A stretch of 64,000 bases of DNA, taken from an uncultured Phycisphaerales bacterium. Its GTDB lineage: Bacteria; Planctomycetota; Phycisphaerae; Sedimentisphaerales; Anaerobacaceae. Position numbers and translations under genes: made by a program. The stretch lies in the NCBI GenBank assembly GCA_963772725.1, contig CAVYYI010000001.1, forward strand, positions 1,024,001-1,088,000, in the 5' to 3' direction. The notes under the pieces were generated by a model that was given only the letters and a program-made list of their open reading frames with translations, was not told the DNA's origin and made no database searches. Of the stretch, positions 11,801 to 23,098 are shown piece after piece (the stretch's first letter is position 1; every line of letters starts with the position of its first letter).

Positions 11801-12189
11801 CATATCCTACCCCTCCTGATACCACAACCAGCGATGTAAATACTGTTGTAACCGTTCCTAATAATACAACTATAATACTCGGTGGATTAGAAAAGTTAAA
11901 CCAGAATAAATCAGGGTCAAAAATTCCTATTCTTGGCGATATTCCGCTTATCGGCGGTCTGTTTAAAAATACAAATAATACCGATAAACAAAGCAGGCTC
12001 TATGTATTTGTTAAGGCACATATTCTGCACCCAGGTGAAGAAGGAACTTCAAACGAGGATGTGAAAAGAGTATCACGGGAAAATCGTCAGGCCTTTGAGG
12101 AATACGAAGAAAAATTCCAGAACCTCCAGGACTGGCCGGGTATAAAACCGAAACCTATGGACCCTGTAAAAATTCTGGAACTTGAATAA
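8835..12189 (+). CDS. gspD: Type II secretion secretin GspD with extended N-terminus (frameshifts near 10450, 10770-10800, 11620)
   Basis: Signal peptide, repeated N-domains (DERTNRILMIG), RPQVLLDVTLVEV, LAKPKILTNDNQ, GITLTIKPHI, KIPILGDIPLIGGLFK secretin signatures across ORFs 8835-10526, 10487-10819, 10860-11648, 11650-12189. Confidence 0.92.
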
Positions 12190-12236
12190 GAAAAAAGCGA
12201 TAATAAATAGACAACGCTTAAGGTGTTGTATGAAAT

Positions 12237-13965
12237 ATGAAAGAGTTACTGATACAAACTGCGAAGGAAACAGGCCTTGTGGATGCGGGCCAATTGAAGG
12301 ACTTTCTTGAAAACAACAAAAGCACGGAACGTCTCGACGACGTTCTGTTAAGCTGTCCCTATTTTACGGAAGATAAGGTTTTAAAGCTTTTCGCAGCAGC
12401 ACTGGATATGGAGTATCTTCAGGAGATACCCGATAAGTCCATCTCGCCTGAATTCGTAGAGTCCGTGCCTACAACTTACGCGCAGCATCATTACCTCATC
12501 GGCATAAAAAAAGATCCCGCCGACGGTGAACTGACGGTTGTTTTATCCAAACCCTTAGATACCAACGCCCTCGATAATATTTCGAAAATGACAGGGCTGC
12601 CGGTTAAACCCGCAATTTCCACACGCACGACTATTACCGCGGCGATTGACCTGGCTTACGAGCAGCGGACAACGGTAATTGAAGAGGTCGCCGAAGAACT
12701 CGATTCGCAGAATCTCGACCAGCTTGTCGATGAGGTCGCCACATCGGACGATTTGCTGGATGTTGTGAATCGTCCGCCGGTGATCAGGCTGGTTAATGAT
12801 ATTCTGTTTCGCGCCTTGCAGTTGCGGGCCAGCGATATTCACGTTCATCCTTACGAGACAAAGATGCAGATCCGCTATCGCATCGACGGTATTTTGTACG
12901 ACACGCTGAGCCTGAACCGGAACGTGCTGTCCCTGATTATTTCGCGTATCAAAGTTATGGCGGGAATGGATATAGCCGAGCGGCGTATGCCGCAGGACGG
13001 CCGATGCACGTGTTCGCCTTGGGCAGCGAGAAGTGGATTTGCGTATAAGTACCGTGCCGACAAGCTACGGCGAGCGAAGCGTATTGAGAATACTGGATAA
13101 AAGCACAGCCCTTTTAGGTCTCAATGAACTGGGACTGTGGGAAGATGATTTGAAAAAATTCGATTCGCTGCTGACCCGGACGCACGGCGTTATTTTTGTA
13201 ACAGGGCCGACGGGCAGCGGAAAAAGCACAACGCTTTACGCCTGTCTTAACAGGATAAATTCGGCGGAAAAAAATATCATTACGATAGAAGACCCGATAG
13301 AATATCAGCTTGGGGGAATCAGCCAGATGCAGGTCGCCAATAAAAAAGGTATGACATTTGTCACATCGCTGCGGCACGTGCTTGCGTCAGGACCCGGACG
13401 TGATAATGGTCGGCGAGGTTCGCGACGTGGAAACCGCGCAGAATGGCGATACAGTCCTCTCTGACAGGACACCTTGTATTCAGCACCCTGCATACAAACG
13501 ACTCGGCCGGCGCGATAAGCCGGCTTCTGGATTTGGGCGTTGAGCCTTACTTGGTCAGTTCATCGCTGATTGCGGTGATGGCGCAGCGGCTTGTACGAAG
13601 AATATGCCCGGACTGCAGGCAAGCATATACCCCTACCGGTCACGAATTGAGAGAGCTGGGGCTGCTGGATGTTTCTGAAAATCCTCGCAGTTCATCGCAG
13701 GGGACAGGCAAGTTCTTTATTGGCGCAGGGCTGCGACAGATGTTTTCAGACTGGTTACAGGGGCCGAACAGGGGTTTATGAACTTATGATGATGGACGAA
13801 AAAATTCAGGATTTAGTGTACAGAAAAGAAAACGCTGGTACAATAAAAAAGGCGGCTCTCGAAGCGGGATTGCAGACTTTGAGGATGGACGGCGCCAGAA
13901 AAGCGATAGAAGGATTAACGACCATAGCGGAAGTCCTCAGAGTAACACAAGCCGACATATTATAA
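12237..13965 (+). CDS. gspE: Type II secretion ATPase GspE/PilB family (several frameshifts)
   Basis: [21 protein letters not shown], Walker [53 protein letters not shown] zinc motif across joined ORFs. Confidence 0.95.
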
Positions 13966-13997
13966 GTTATGAGTTTTAAGCTTTAAGTTTATTAATT

Positions 13998-15212
13998 ATG
14001 CCGAGATACCATTACACAGCTATAACAACAAACAACAAGAAGAATAAGGGAACTGTTACGGCGGAAAGCCCTTATGCCGCCAGAAAACAGCTTCGTGTCC
14101 GTGGGATTCATCCTATCGCGGTTGAAGAGATAAACGCCGAGGTCGAAGACAAGATTAAAATGTTCGCAATTTTCTCAACGGGCAAAAAGACGCTGCTGAT
14201 AGATTTTACCAAGCAGATGGCAACTTTGCTCAATTCCGGAATTAAACTGACCGAATCGCTTTCGGTTCTGACGATGCAGGCCTCGGACGTCAGGTTTAAG
14301 AATATTCTTACCGATATACGCGACAGCGTCATTACAGGCGAATCGCTTACAGACGCAATGAAAGACTATGGCGATTATTTCGACGTCATATACACCAGCA
14401 TGGTTCACGTCGGCGAGGTTACAGGGGCTATCGGTGAAAGCTTCGCAACGATAGCCAGCTTTATGGAAAAACGTCAGCGTGTCGAATCGAAAGTAATGAC
14501 AGCAATGATATATCCATTGATTTTGATTGTTTTTTGCGTTATTGTCGTTATTATTTTGACCACAGCGGTTATTCCCAAAATAGCTGAACAAGTTACACGA
14601 ATGGGTCATAAACTGCCCTGGATTACGCAGCGGTTGATAGATGTAGGCAACACCATGACAAGCTGGCGCGTGTTTATATTGCTTGGAGTTATCGCCGCGA
14701 TAGTGTACGGTGTCAGGCGATTCCTGAAAACACCGCATGGCGCGTATATGAGGGATAAAACAATATTTTCTTTTCCTTTATTCGGAAATCTTATAAAACA
14801 GCGGGTAGTTTCGCGTTTTGCTTCGACTCTTTCGACGCTGTTAGGCTCTGGGCTGCCTATGGCCGAGTCACTCAGGGTAGTGGCAGAGGTAACTGGCAAT
14901 ATGCTGATGAAACAGGCGGTTCAGCAGGCAAGGGAGCGAATCCTTGCGGGCGCTGATATAGCGACGCCGCTTAGGGACAGCGGAGTTATTGACCCGGCTA
15001 TCGCCCACATGGTTGCGGTCGGGGAAAAAAGCGGCGAACTCGAGAAAATGTTGAAAAATATTAGTGACAACCTTGAGGCCTCCAACGTAGTGATCGAGAG
15101 ACTAGGCGCAGCGATTGAGCCGCTAATTATTATTGTTATGGCGTTAATTGTCGGTGTGATAGCTTATGCCACTATTTTGCCGATTTTAAGAATATCAGTA
15201 GGAAAATTTTAG
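13998..15212 (+). CDS. gspF: Type II secretion inner membrane platform protein GspF/PilC
   Basis: FTKQMATLLNSGIKL, MVHVGEVTG, AMIYP, RFASTLSTLLGSGLP, VGEKSGELEKML, IEPLII. Confidence 0.95.
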   Translation: MPRYHYTAITTNNKKNKGTVTAESPYAARKQLRVRGIHPIAVEEINAEVEDKIKMFAIFSTGKKTLLIDFTKQMATLLNSGIKLTESLSVLTMQASDVRFKNILTDIRDSVITGESLTDAMKDYGDYFDVIYTSMVHVGEVTGAIGESFATIASFMEKRQRVESKVMTAMIYPLILIVFCVIVVIILTTAVIPKIAEQVTRMGHKLPWITQRLIDVGNTMTSWRVFILLGVIAAIVYGVRRFLKTPHGAYMRDKTIFSFPLFGNLIKQRVVSRFASTLSTLLGSGLPMAESLRVVAEVTGNMLMKQAVQQARERILAGADIATPLRDSGVIDPAIAHMVAVGEKSGELEKMLKNISDNLEASNVVIERLGAAIEPLIIIVMALIVGVIAYATILPILRISVGKF

Positions 15213-15231
15213 ATTGGTTTTAAGGAGTTTT

Positions 15232-15690
15232 ATGAAGATGGACAGGAAATTTATCGAAAAGACACAAAAAGGTTTTACGATGGTCGAACTTATGGCCGTT
15301 CTGGTTATCCTCGGTCTGCTGTTCGGCCTGGTGGCCAAGAACTATATCGGTAATATCGAGAAAGCAAAGGTTATTACCACAAAAACAAAGCTCAAAGGAG
15401 CTACCCACGCCGCGGTCGTACAGTTCAAGATGGACACCGGTCGTTTCCCCACGGAAGATGAAGGCCTTAACGCTCTGATTGAAAAACCCAGTGATGTTAC
15501 CAACTGGGAGCCGGGCGGATACCTTCAAAGCACATCTATTCCGAAGGATGGATGGAAAAACGACTTTATTTATCGGCTGAATCCCGAGAGTGGAAAACCG
15601 TTTGACATTATCAGCTACGGAGCCGACGGACAAGAAGGCGATGGTGAAAATGATAATGATAAGGACCTCAGTAGTACAGACGCTGAATAG
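15232..15690 (+). CDS. gspG: Major pseudopilin GspG
   Basis: AAGGAG SD; KG|FTMVELM prepilin cleavage site; FKMDTGRFPTEDEGLNAL; IPKDGWKNDFIY; ISYGADGQEG. Confidence 0.93.
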   Translation: MKMDRKFIEKTQKGFTMVELMAVLVILGLLFGLVAKNYIGNIEKAKVITTKTKLKGATHAAVVQFKMDTGRFPTEDEGLNALIEKPSDVTNWEPGGYLQSTSIPKDGWKNDFIYRLNPESGKPFDIISYGADGQEGDGENDNDKDLSSTDAE

Positions 15691-16242
15691 GAAGCAAAAA
15701 CAGGAACAAGGATTCAGGCGTTCAGCATTCACCATGACTGAAGTTATAGTAGTGCTATGCCTGATCTCCCTGTTTATTCTTTTGGCCTGCTTAACCTTAC
15801 GGGTCTTTACAGAAAAAATGTCTTTAAGGGGCGCGTACAGGATTTTATTTCGACAATGCAGACCGCCGCAAACGCCGCCGCCGAAAGCGGCAAAAGATAC
15901 GAAGTTATTTTAGATTTGACGGAGCAGAGATATACTTTTCGCGAAATCAGCTCGAATAATTTAGCCGAGGTTTTGGAAGAGGAAATAATCGCGGAGCGTA
16001 ATTTCAGCGATAGTTGCCGTATTTCTTACGTGGTGTTCGACGATGGCGATTATACTTATGAAGGTCAGGCGAAATTCCGCGCCGGTCATTCAGGCTGGCA
16101 ATACGGCGGCAAGATTGTTCTTCTGGACGAGAGCGACCAGCCGTACTCAGTTATTATAAACCGGCTAAATAAAACCATCGAGTTAAACGAAGGAGATGTC
16201 ACGTTTTTAACGCCGAGAGGTATAGATGAAATGCCATTTTAA
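15657..16242 (+). CDS. Minor pseudopilin (GspH-like; frameshift near 15785; start uncertain)
   Basis: SA|FTMTEVIVVLCLISLF prepilin motif in ORF 15590-15913, continuing in ORF 15757-16242. Confidence 0.75.
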
Positions 16243-16972
16243 CAAAATGTTCGCCAACACTGTCAGCACGGGAAACAATGCTCTCACGGGCTATAGCCTT
16301 GTGGAAACGATGGCTGCGCTGGCTATATTGGTAATCTTCACAACGGGCATATTTATTGTAATAAATCGCTGTGTGACCTCAGCAGCGGATACGACCCTCC
16401 AGATGCAAGCGCTCACCGTCGCGAGAGAAAATATGGAAAAGCTTCTTACCTCAAGCTCAGCACAGGAAAAAGTAGAATACGGCACAAGCGAAAGATACCC
16501 GGAAATTCAATGGAAAGTTACCGTTGAAACTTTTGCCGAACCTGTAAAATCCGAAGTTTGGGTAAGGGCTATTAGTTCGGCTGAGTATCCCGGTATTGAT
16601 GGTAATACACAAAGCATCGAACTAACGCATTGGCTGGTTAAGCTCGGCAAGGAGGAGGCGGCAAAAATCAAAGAAAGAGACGTTGCTTTGGAACAATTGG
16701 CGCTGGCCAGCGGAAAAAGCGTGGAGGAATTGAAATCAGAAATGCAGGACGGCACACCGCCGGAACCGACTAAAGAGAACCCGACAGAACCAGCTCAAAA
16801 CGATTCCGGTAAAACACAGGAACCATCAGGTACTGATACGAGTACCGAACCCAAGCCGCCGCCTAAGAACAATGACCTTGGTCTGCCTGACAACTGGAAC
16901 AGTATGTCTCGCGACGACCAGATTAGATGGCTGTTCCAAGACCTTATAAGGAGTAGAAGCAATAATCAGTAG
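16226..16972 (+). CDS. Minor pseudopilin (GspI-like) with Pro/Thr/Glu-rich C-terminal extension
   Basis: TG|YSLVETMAALAIL prepilin motif; operon position. Confidence 0.75.
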   Translation: MKCHFNKMFANTVSTGNNALTGYSLVETMAALAILVIFTTGIFIVINRCVTSAADTTLQMQALTVARENMEKLLTSSSAQEKVEYGTSERYPEIQWKVTVETFAEPVKSEVWVRAISSAEYPGIDGNTQSIELTHWLVKLGKEEAAKIKERDVALEQLALASGKSVEELKSEMQDGTPPEPTKENPTEPAQNDSGKTQEPSGTDTSTEPKPPPKNNDLGLPDNWNSMSRDDQIRWLFQDLIRSRSNNQ

Positions 16973-16984
16973 AAATTTAACATT

Positions 16985-17810
16985 ATGTTTTCCTGTCCGA
17001 CAGCGTGGCTTTACACTGTTTGAGGTTCTTGCGGCGGTAATTATCGGCGCTATGGTACTGGTGGCGGTACTGGGGATTTACAACCAGGGCGAAACCTCGG
17101 CGATAGCTGTTACGCGCAAGCTCAACAGCACACAAATGCAAACCGAGGTACTTCAGCTTATCGCCGAAGACCTCAACGAAGTAACCGGAGGCGGAAACGA
17201 TACAAGAATTACGATTTCGAGAAACAAATTTGACCACTCTTATCCGAGCACAAAATGGAGATTGTAAAAAATATTTATGACAAAAACAATCAAAAGCAGG
17301 TATTCAAAAGGATAATCTGGCAAAGCAATTATGATTTTGACAGCAGCTTGAACGGGCTTGTCCTCTATCGAAGCTACAGCGGCATCGGCGGGGAAGACAA
17401 ACTGCTCGAACACGAACCGAAAGCCCGAAGAAAAAGGATCTTTTGTGCCGATTTGTGGAGGTGTTACTTACTTTAAGATACAGGCAATCCAGGATGCGAA
17501 CCTCACAAACCTTCTGGATGAATGGCCGAACGACGCTCTGCCGAAAGGTATTTTAGTAACCATTTCATTCGCTGAGCCTCTCAAGACCTTAACGGGGACT
17601 ATGGACGTTCCTGAGGAAGAAAAAATAACCAGGGTCATCGCAATCGACAGAACCCGGAAGATAAGCTTCGCAATCGCTAATATAACTATACCCGACCAGA
17701 ACGGCATACCGGAAGCAAACAGCGTCAAAGACCAGGGCAAAGTCAATGACCAGAACGGCGCAATTAAAGCGGGAACCCGAAATGTACCCGGCAGTTTAGG
17801 TGTTGAATAA
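16985..17810 (+). CDS. Minor pseudopilin (GspJ-like; frameshifts near 16990, 17252, 17425)
   Basis: QRG|FTLFEVLAAVIIGAMVLV motif at 17001; C-terminal WPNDALPKGILVTI typical of GspJ. Confidence 0.75.
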
Positions 17811-19176
17811 TGAATAGACGAAAAATTAACAACAGAATAAACAGCCGCAGCAGTTCAGGTATTGTGCTGTTGGTAACGCTGGTGCTGTTAGTTGTGCTTT
17901 CGATAATCGGATACACATTAACGGGCAGAGTTGTCTCTCAATGCCATCGCAACCGGTATCTGATAGATTATCAGGCGGCCCGCTACGCCTGCGATTCCGC
18001 TACAAAATACGCAATTGCTGAATTAAGCGAGATGAGCATTGCCGACCTCATCTCGCGTCCAAACGAGCCTGATTTTTCTGATTTATTCAAGCTCAGTGAT
18101 GACCAATATCAGGAGCTTCTCAGGGAGGCCGCCATAGCCCAATCGCTCGAACGCAAACAGTATTTACCCTCGCACTGATTACGGTGATGGCACAAATACG
18201 GACGTCAATACCGCCGGCATATCGAAAAAACTCAATTCAAATAACATCAACCAGATTGCCGATATGAACGATATGAACAGTCTTTTGGCGATGCTAAGCA
18301 GCGATAATGATGTCAGCGACGGCAATTCCCAGGAAGAAGTTACGATTCGTGGGCCTTACGGTCCGGAGTGGCCTTTTGTAACCGAACCCGTTGAGTTCGA
18401 GATTGGCACAGCGAAAGTGAAGATTGAAATTGAGGACGAAAACGCGAAATTTCCAATGGTATGGACATTATTGGCCGACGCCAACAATCTGCGTGCGTCC
18501 CAGGAAAGCTTTAGAACTTTCTGCGCATGGATGGATATAAACAATGCTGAGATAATACCGTTAAGAGAACAGACCATGCAGATTAGCGAAATAAAGCCAT
18601 TCAGCTTTAATTTTCAACCAATAAACACATCGGTAAGAGCTGCTGCCGCACCAACCAGGAGAACACTGCGAGGAAGCAATGTCGCCACACGAACGGCATC
18701 GGTTACCAAGCCGACAACCCTTTCGCCGTCGGTGAATCTAACCGACATGGCAAAACTTCTGCATAGTTCGCTGCTCGAACACCGATATCCTTGCCAGACC
18801 AACAATCGAAAGCTCAACAAGAAAAGAGTCTGCCTTGAAATATATGGGGATGTGGGGTTCTGACAAGGTGAATATAAATACCGCGCCCAGGCAGGTACTC
18901 GAGGCGGCTTTTGTATTCGGCGGCGACGCAGTCGATATCGCTGACGCAATTATTAAGCAGAGGCGCATAAAGCCTTTCAAAGACATAGATGAATTGAAAA
19001 AGTCTCTGTTCAGATATTCCGATTCCATCGGCAGGTGTGAACAATACATCACAACGAAGAGCAGCTTTTTCACGGTACATATAACGGTTGTCAGCGGCGT
19101 TGCGAAAGTGTCATCAGTAATCGCGATAATCAAAGACGGCACAAAAGCAGAGCAGATTGCGATGCTTTCAGATTAA
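17810..19176 (+). CDS. gspK: Minor pseudopilin GspK (frameshifts near 18165, 18780)
   Basis: SG|IVLLVTLVLL, IEDENAKFP, KVNINTAPRQVLEA, FKDIDEL, ITTKSSFFTV GspK signatures. Confidence 0.85.
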
Positions 19177-19197
19177 AATACTTTAGGAGTTTTAATA

Positions 19198-20672
19198 GTG
19201 GATAATCAGGGTATTCTTGGAATTTATTTCAGTAAAGACAGGGCCGCGGCTGTATGGATGGGTTCCCAGGGCGGCGGCAAAACAGTCCACGGATATTTCA
19301 CCGTTAAACTCGAAGAACAACAGGAACAGCCGGTATCTCCCTTAACCGGACTTGCTAATCTCATAGCGCAAGGCTGCAAGGAAAGGAACTTCAGGTTTTC
19401 GCAGGTCGCAGCGGCAATTGACTGCTCGATGTATATGCAGCACACCGTCCACAGTGATTTTACTGAGCTTAAACAAATTGCCACAACCGTTCGTTTCGAC
19501 ACGGAAGAAGCTATCGCGACAGATATAAGCGACGTCGCGGTATCTTTTCGGATTATGTCAACCAGCGAGAAAGGCGCAAGCCTCGATGTCTTCACCGCAA
19601 AGCACAAGCTCCTGTCCGAGATTATAACCGCGCTTCAGGCCAATAAAGTTGACCCTGTTGCGGTTGAGCCGGACATTACCTGCCTGGCGAGATTTATCTC
19701 TCATAACGCCGTCGTATCCGGCGATGAATCGCGCCCCTTCTTCGCGGTGCTTTCAGACCACAATTGTTATTTTATCGTTTCACAGGTGCCATGGTCTCAA
19801 AAAACCGCGGCGTCAGATTTTGGATTGCGAACCTTTCTGCTCGGAGCCAAACAGGACAGAACATCAATTCTCACCAGGGAAATTCCCTTAACGATGGGTT
19901 TACTGAAAAACCAGACGCCCGCAAACTGCGTCATGGTTTTCGATCCTGACGATTCGGTGAAGTATCAGCAGCTTGGTAAAAAATCAGCAATGGAGACAAG
20001 TCAGCTCGATTTAGCTGGAATAATCGGCGCCGGCACCGAGGCTTTGACCGGCGGGGCCGGCTTAGTCGATATCGCCATCGCTTACGGGGCGGCTTTGGCC
20101 GTTTCGGAAAAGGTATCTACCGTCAATTTCCGTAAAGATTTCATGCCCTATCTCGGCGAAAAGCAAAGACTGCTGGAGACATTGAAATTCGCAGGCTTAG
20201 CCGCGTCTGTTCTCGCGATTGCGCTGGGTTTGGGCCTTCAGATACAATTGTATAGACAATCCAGGCCGGCTGCGCAGCTTAAAGAAAAAATTCTTAAACA
20301 ATATTCGGATGTTATGATGGGCAAAAAGCCTTTGGCAAGAAACACTCCGTTAAGCGGACTCGATGCCGAACTGCGGCGAATCAGGGATGCCAAAAGCGGC
20401 AAGGTGACCGGCGAAGGCTCCATACCCGCCAAACTTACACTTATCCTTGTGCCGTCAACAATTGCGCAGCGATAACCAATATTAACATCGACAAATTAAC
20501 AATTTCAAGCAGGAGCATATCGCTGGCAGGCGATACGGCAGCGTCAGGTAATAAAAATACATTGAAATTGTTTGAGGCAATCAAGGCCGCTAAAATGAAT
20601 ATCAGCGGACAAAAAATGGAGTCAAAGGGAAACCGTGATGCTTTCAGCATAAATATTGAGATAAAAAAATAA
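19198..20672 (+). CDS. GspL/PilMN-like assembly platform protein (frameshift near 20448)
   Basis: Actin-like cytoplasmic domain (LGIYFS, IAYGAALA), VNFR + TM helix, periplasmic domain continuing in a shifted frame to TAA at 20670-20672. Confidence 0.75.
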
Positions 20673-20687
20673 TTAAGGAGTTACCTC

Positions 20688-21188
20688 GTGAAAGACATAT
20701 ATAAAAATCCGATTTTCTATTATATACTCGTACCGGTGATATTTTTTCTCTGGCCACTGCTGATACTGACAGTCTATATGCCTAAAGCGGAAAAAGACAG
20801 CCAGTCGCTCGCGAAGCAATATGACGATATCCAGGTGAAGATTCGGGATATTTTAATTATTGACCCGGAACGGCTGGAATTCGCCAGTAATAAAAAGACA
20901 TCTTCAGAGTTTGACTACGCCGTCGCCATTGAAAGGATTGCCAGTTCCTGCGGTATCGCGTCGAATAATTACACCGTAAACTCAAAGCCGAGCCGAATCG
21001 TCAATAAGCAGAAAATACAATCCGGCCAGGTAACTCTAAAACAGGTCGATATTAAAAGTATTGCGGCATTTTTATCTGAAACTCAGGTACGCTGGGCAAA
21101 TCTGCAGTGTGAAAATCTGTCGCTGACCAAAAATAAAAGCCCCGCCGACTCCTGGAACGCCGATTTAAATTTTAACTACTATTATTAA
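20688..21188 (+). CDS. GspM/PilO-like protein
   Basis: N-terminal TM, coiled coil, C-terminal VTLKQVDIKSIAAFL ferredoxin-like segment; last gene of the gsp operon. Confidence 0.7.
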   Translation: MKDIYKNPIFYYILVPVIFFLWPLLILTVYMPKAEKDSQSLAKQYDDIQVKIRDILIIDPERLEFASNKKTSSEFDYAVAIERIASSCGIASNNYTVNSKPSRIVNKQKIQSGQVTLKQVDIKSIAAFLSETQVRWANLQCENLSLTKNKSPADSWNADLNFNYYY

Positions 21189-21241
21189 CCGCTCATTGAC
21201 ATTCGCGGCTCGGATAATATAAAACCACTGCAGACTTGTGA

Positions 21242-22899
21242 TTATTTTTTTGTTGTGGGAGTGGTTAGTTCGAAGAGGATATATGGTGGTGAGCCGCGCG
21301 GAAGAATCTGCCGTATTTCATTTCGCCCTGCTGACCATAGTAGATATAAGAACCCTTATATTTCTGCTCCAATTGCGGTATAAGTTTATCTATATAGGCA
21401 GTTTCCTGCTGGCTGGTACCCGTTATCGGTATCAAATAATATGGGAATTTCCCTGTCTTTGCGTATTTTTCGATATCCTCGAGTTTTTGAGCCGGCACAA
21501 TTTCCCTGTCGATGTACCAGGCCACCTCAGGCCGGTAGGACGCCTCTTTTATGCCAGGGAATTGGTCGATGATAAAGGCGTCGAAACTGAGGAGGGCTTT
21601 ATCAGGCGGTATCATTTTCCCTAAACGCTCGAACATCTCGATTCTTCCTTCGGCCTGCCATCTAATACCGTAATAATAGTTTGTGCCGATGACGCAAAAT
21701 GTAAACAATATCCCGACCAGCGCCACTGCGCCGCCGACAGCCAGCCATTGGTGTATTTTCTTTAACGCATCATAAACCACCATCACGCCCAGGGCCGCCG
21801 CAATGGAAATAAAAGGCGTGAGGGGACGTTCCCAATATTGATGGGGATAGAGTGTGCCGCGTAAAATCAGCAACTGAAAAACCGGCGGCATAAGGAAAAG
21901 CCAGAAATGGGGGAATCGGCGGGATACGCTTTGGGCGGATTTTTCAATCGGGGCAAATACCAATAACTGGCCTAAGGTCAGATAGGCGATTACCAGAAAC
22001 AGGATGGGGAGGGTGAAATTCGTATCGGCGTGTTCCCAAAATCTCAAGAACCAATCCGCCCAGGAGAGATTTATTTGTTCACCGCTGCCGGAACGCACCT
22101 TGTAAAGCTGGAATATCCTTTCAAAATTCCAACCGCTACCTGCAGCTAAAATCGTAAAATCAACAAGCAGGCTCGCAAACGGTGCGAGCGCCAGTATCGC
22201 AATCAATGACCAGTCGGGCAACCTGCGGCGATATAAGCAGCGGGAGACGTAATGGATGCCGAGCGCCATCGCGAAAAAAAAGCCTTCCCATGTCATTTGT
22301 ATGGCCAGGAAAAGGCAAGCCGCCAGAATCCATTTATGGTATTTTTGAGGTTCGGGGGCGCCGTTCTTTAGGCCTCCAATCAGGACGAGGTAGCACCAGA
22401 AAGCTCCGAAGCACAGCGGGTAAAGCCACATATTGACACCGAAGTAACCGATAAGGGGGACCATCGCAAAGAAAAGGCCGGCCAATAGCGAGGTTGTTTC
22501 ATCCATCAATCCGCGGAGAATCTTTAGAAACAGCAATATCGCGGTAACAGTCGCCAGCACGTTCATTATTCGCAGAGCCCACGTATTTATTCCCAAAATC
22601 ACCATCGCCAGTGAATCGACCAGCGTAAAAAGTACAGGGTGGTCGAGATAGCGGGACGGTTTTTCAGGCGGCGGATAACCAACCGCGAAAGTATCGAAGC
22701 CTTTGGTGTATCCGAGTCCGTATTTCACATGTGAACGCGCGACCCAGGCATCGTGAGCCTGGCCCCAACTGTGCATGCCGTAAAAGGGACGCGTTATGTC
22801 GCGTGACAGCGTTGAAGCGGCAAGGATAGCTATTAGTCCGCCGCAAAGCCAGAAATTCAATCCTTTGTTTGACTGACTGGAAATATCTTCTTTCTTCAT
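21242..22899 (-). CDS. GT-C superfamily (ArnT/PMT-like) membrane glycosyltransferase (probable frameshift near 21295)
   Basis: Multi-TM; first loop with YLDHPVL and WALRI typical of ArnT/PMT-like enzymes. Adding one G gives C-terminus GSPPYILFELTTPTTKK. Confidence 0.75.
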
Positions 22900-22915
22900 T
22901 AACAACTCCAGTTTC

Positions 22916-22937
22916 GGCGGGGCAAGCCCCGCCCTAC
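22916..22937 (-). repeat. GTAG-type REP-like palindrome
   Basis: Minus strand GTAG-GGCGGGGC-TT-GCCCCGCC; related copy at 47919. Confidence 0.6.
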
Positions 22938-23098
22938 TTCAATTCCTGCTGCGGCGATTCAAATAACACTGCCGCCGCGACCGACTTAATGCCGATAAAA
23001 CTGTATAAATGTCATTTGCTTACTGCGAAAATACATTTATAATATAATAATTCTTAAGGATTGCTGTGTAAAGGAATTAAAGGTGTAAGGAATTATAT

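Noticed and set aside
8835..20672. T2SS operon as a decaying pseudogene cluster or programmed frameshifting
   Set aside because: The same indel pattern hits housekeeping genes (secA, tatC, clpB), and I saw no consistent slippery sites. Sequencing error is more likely.
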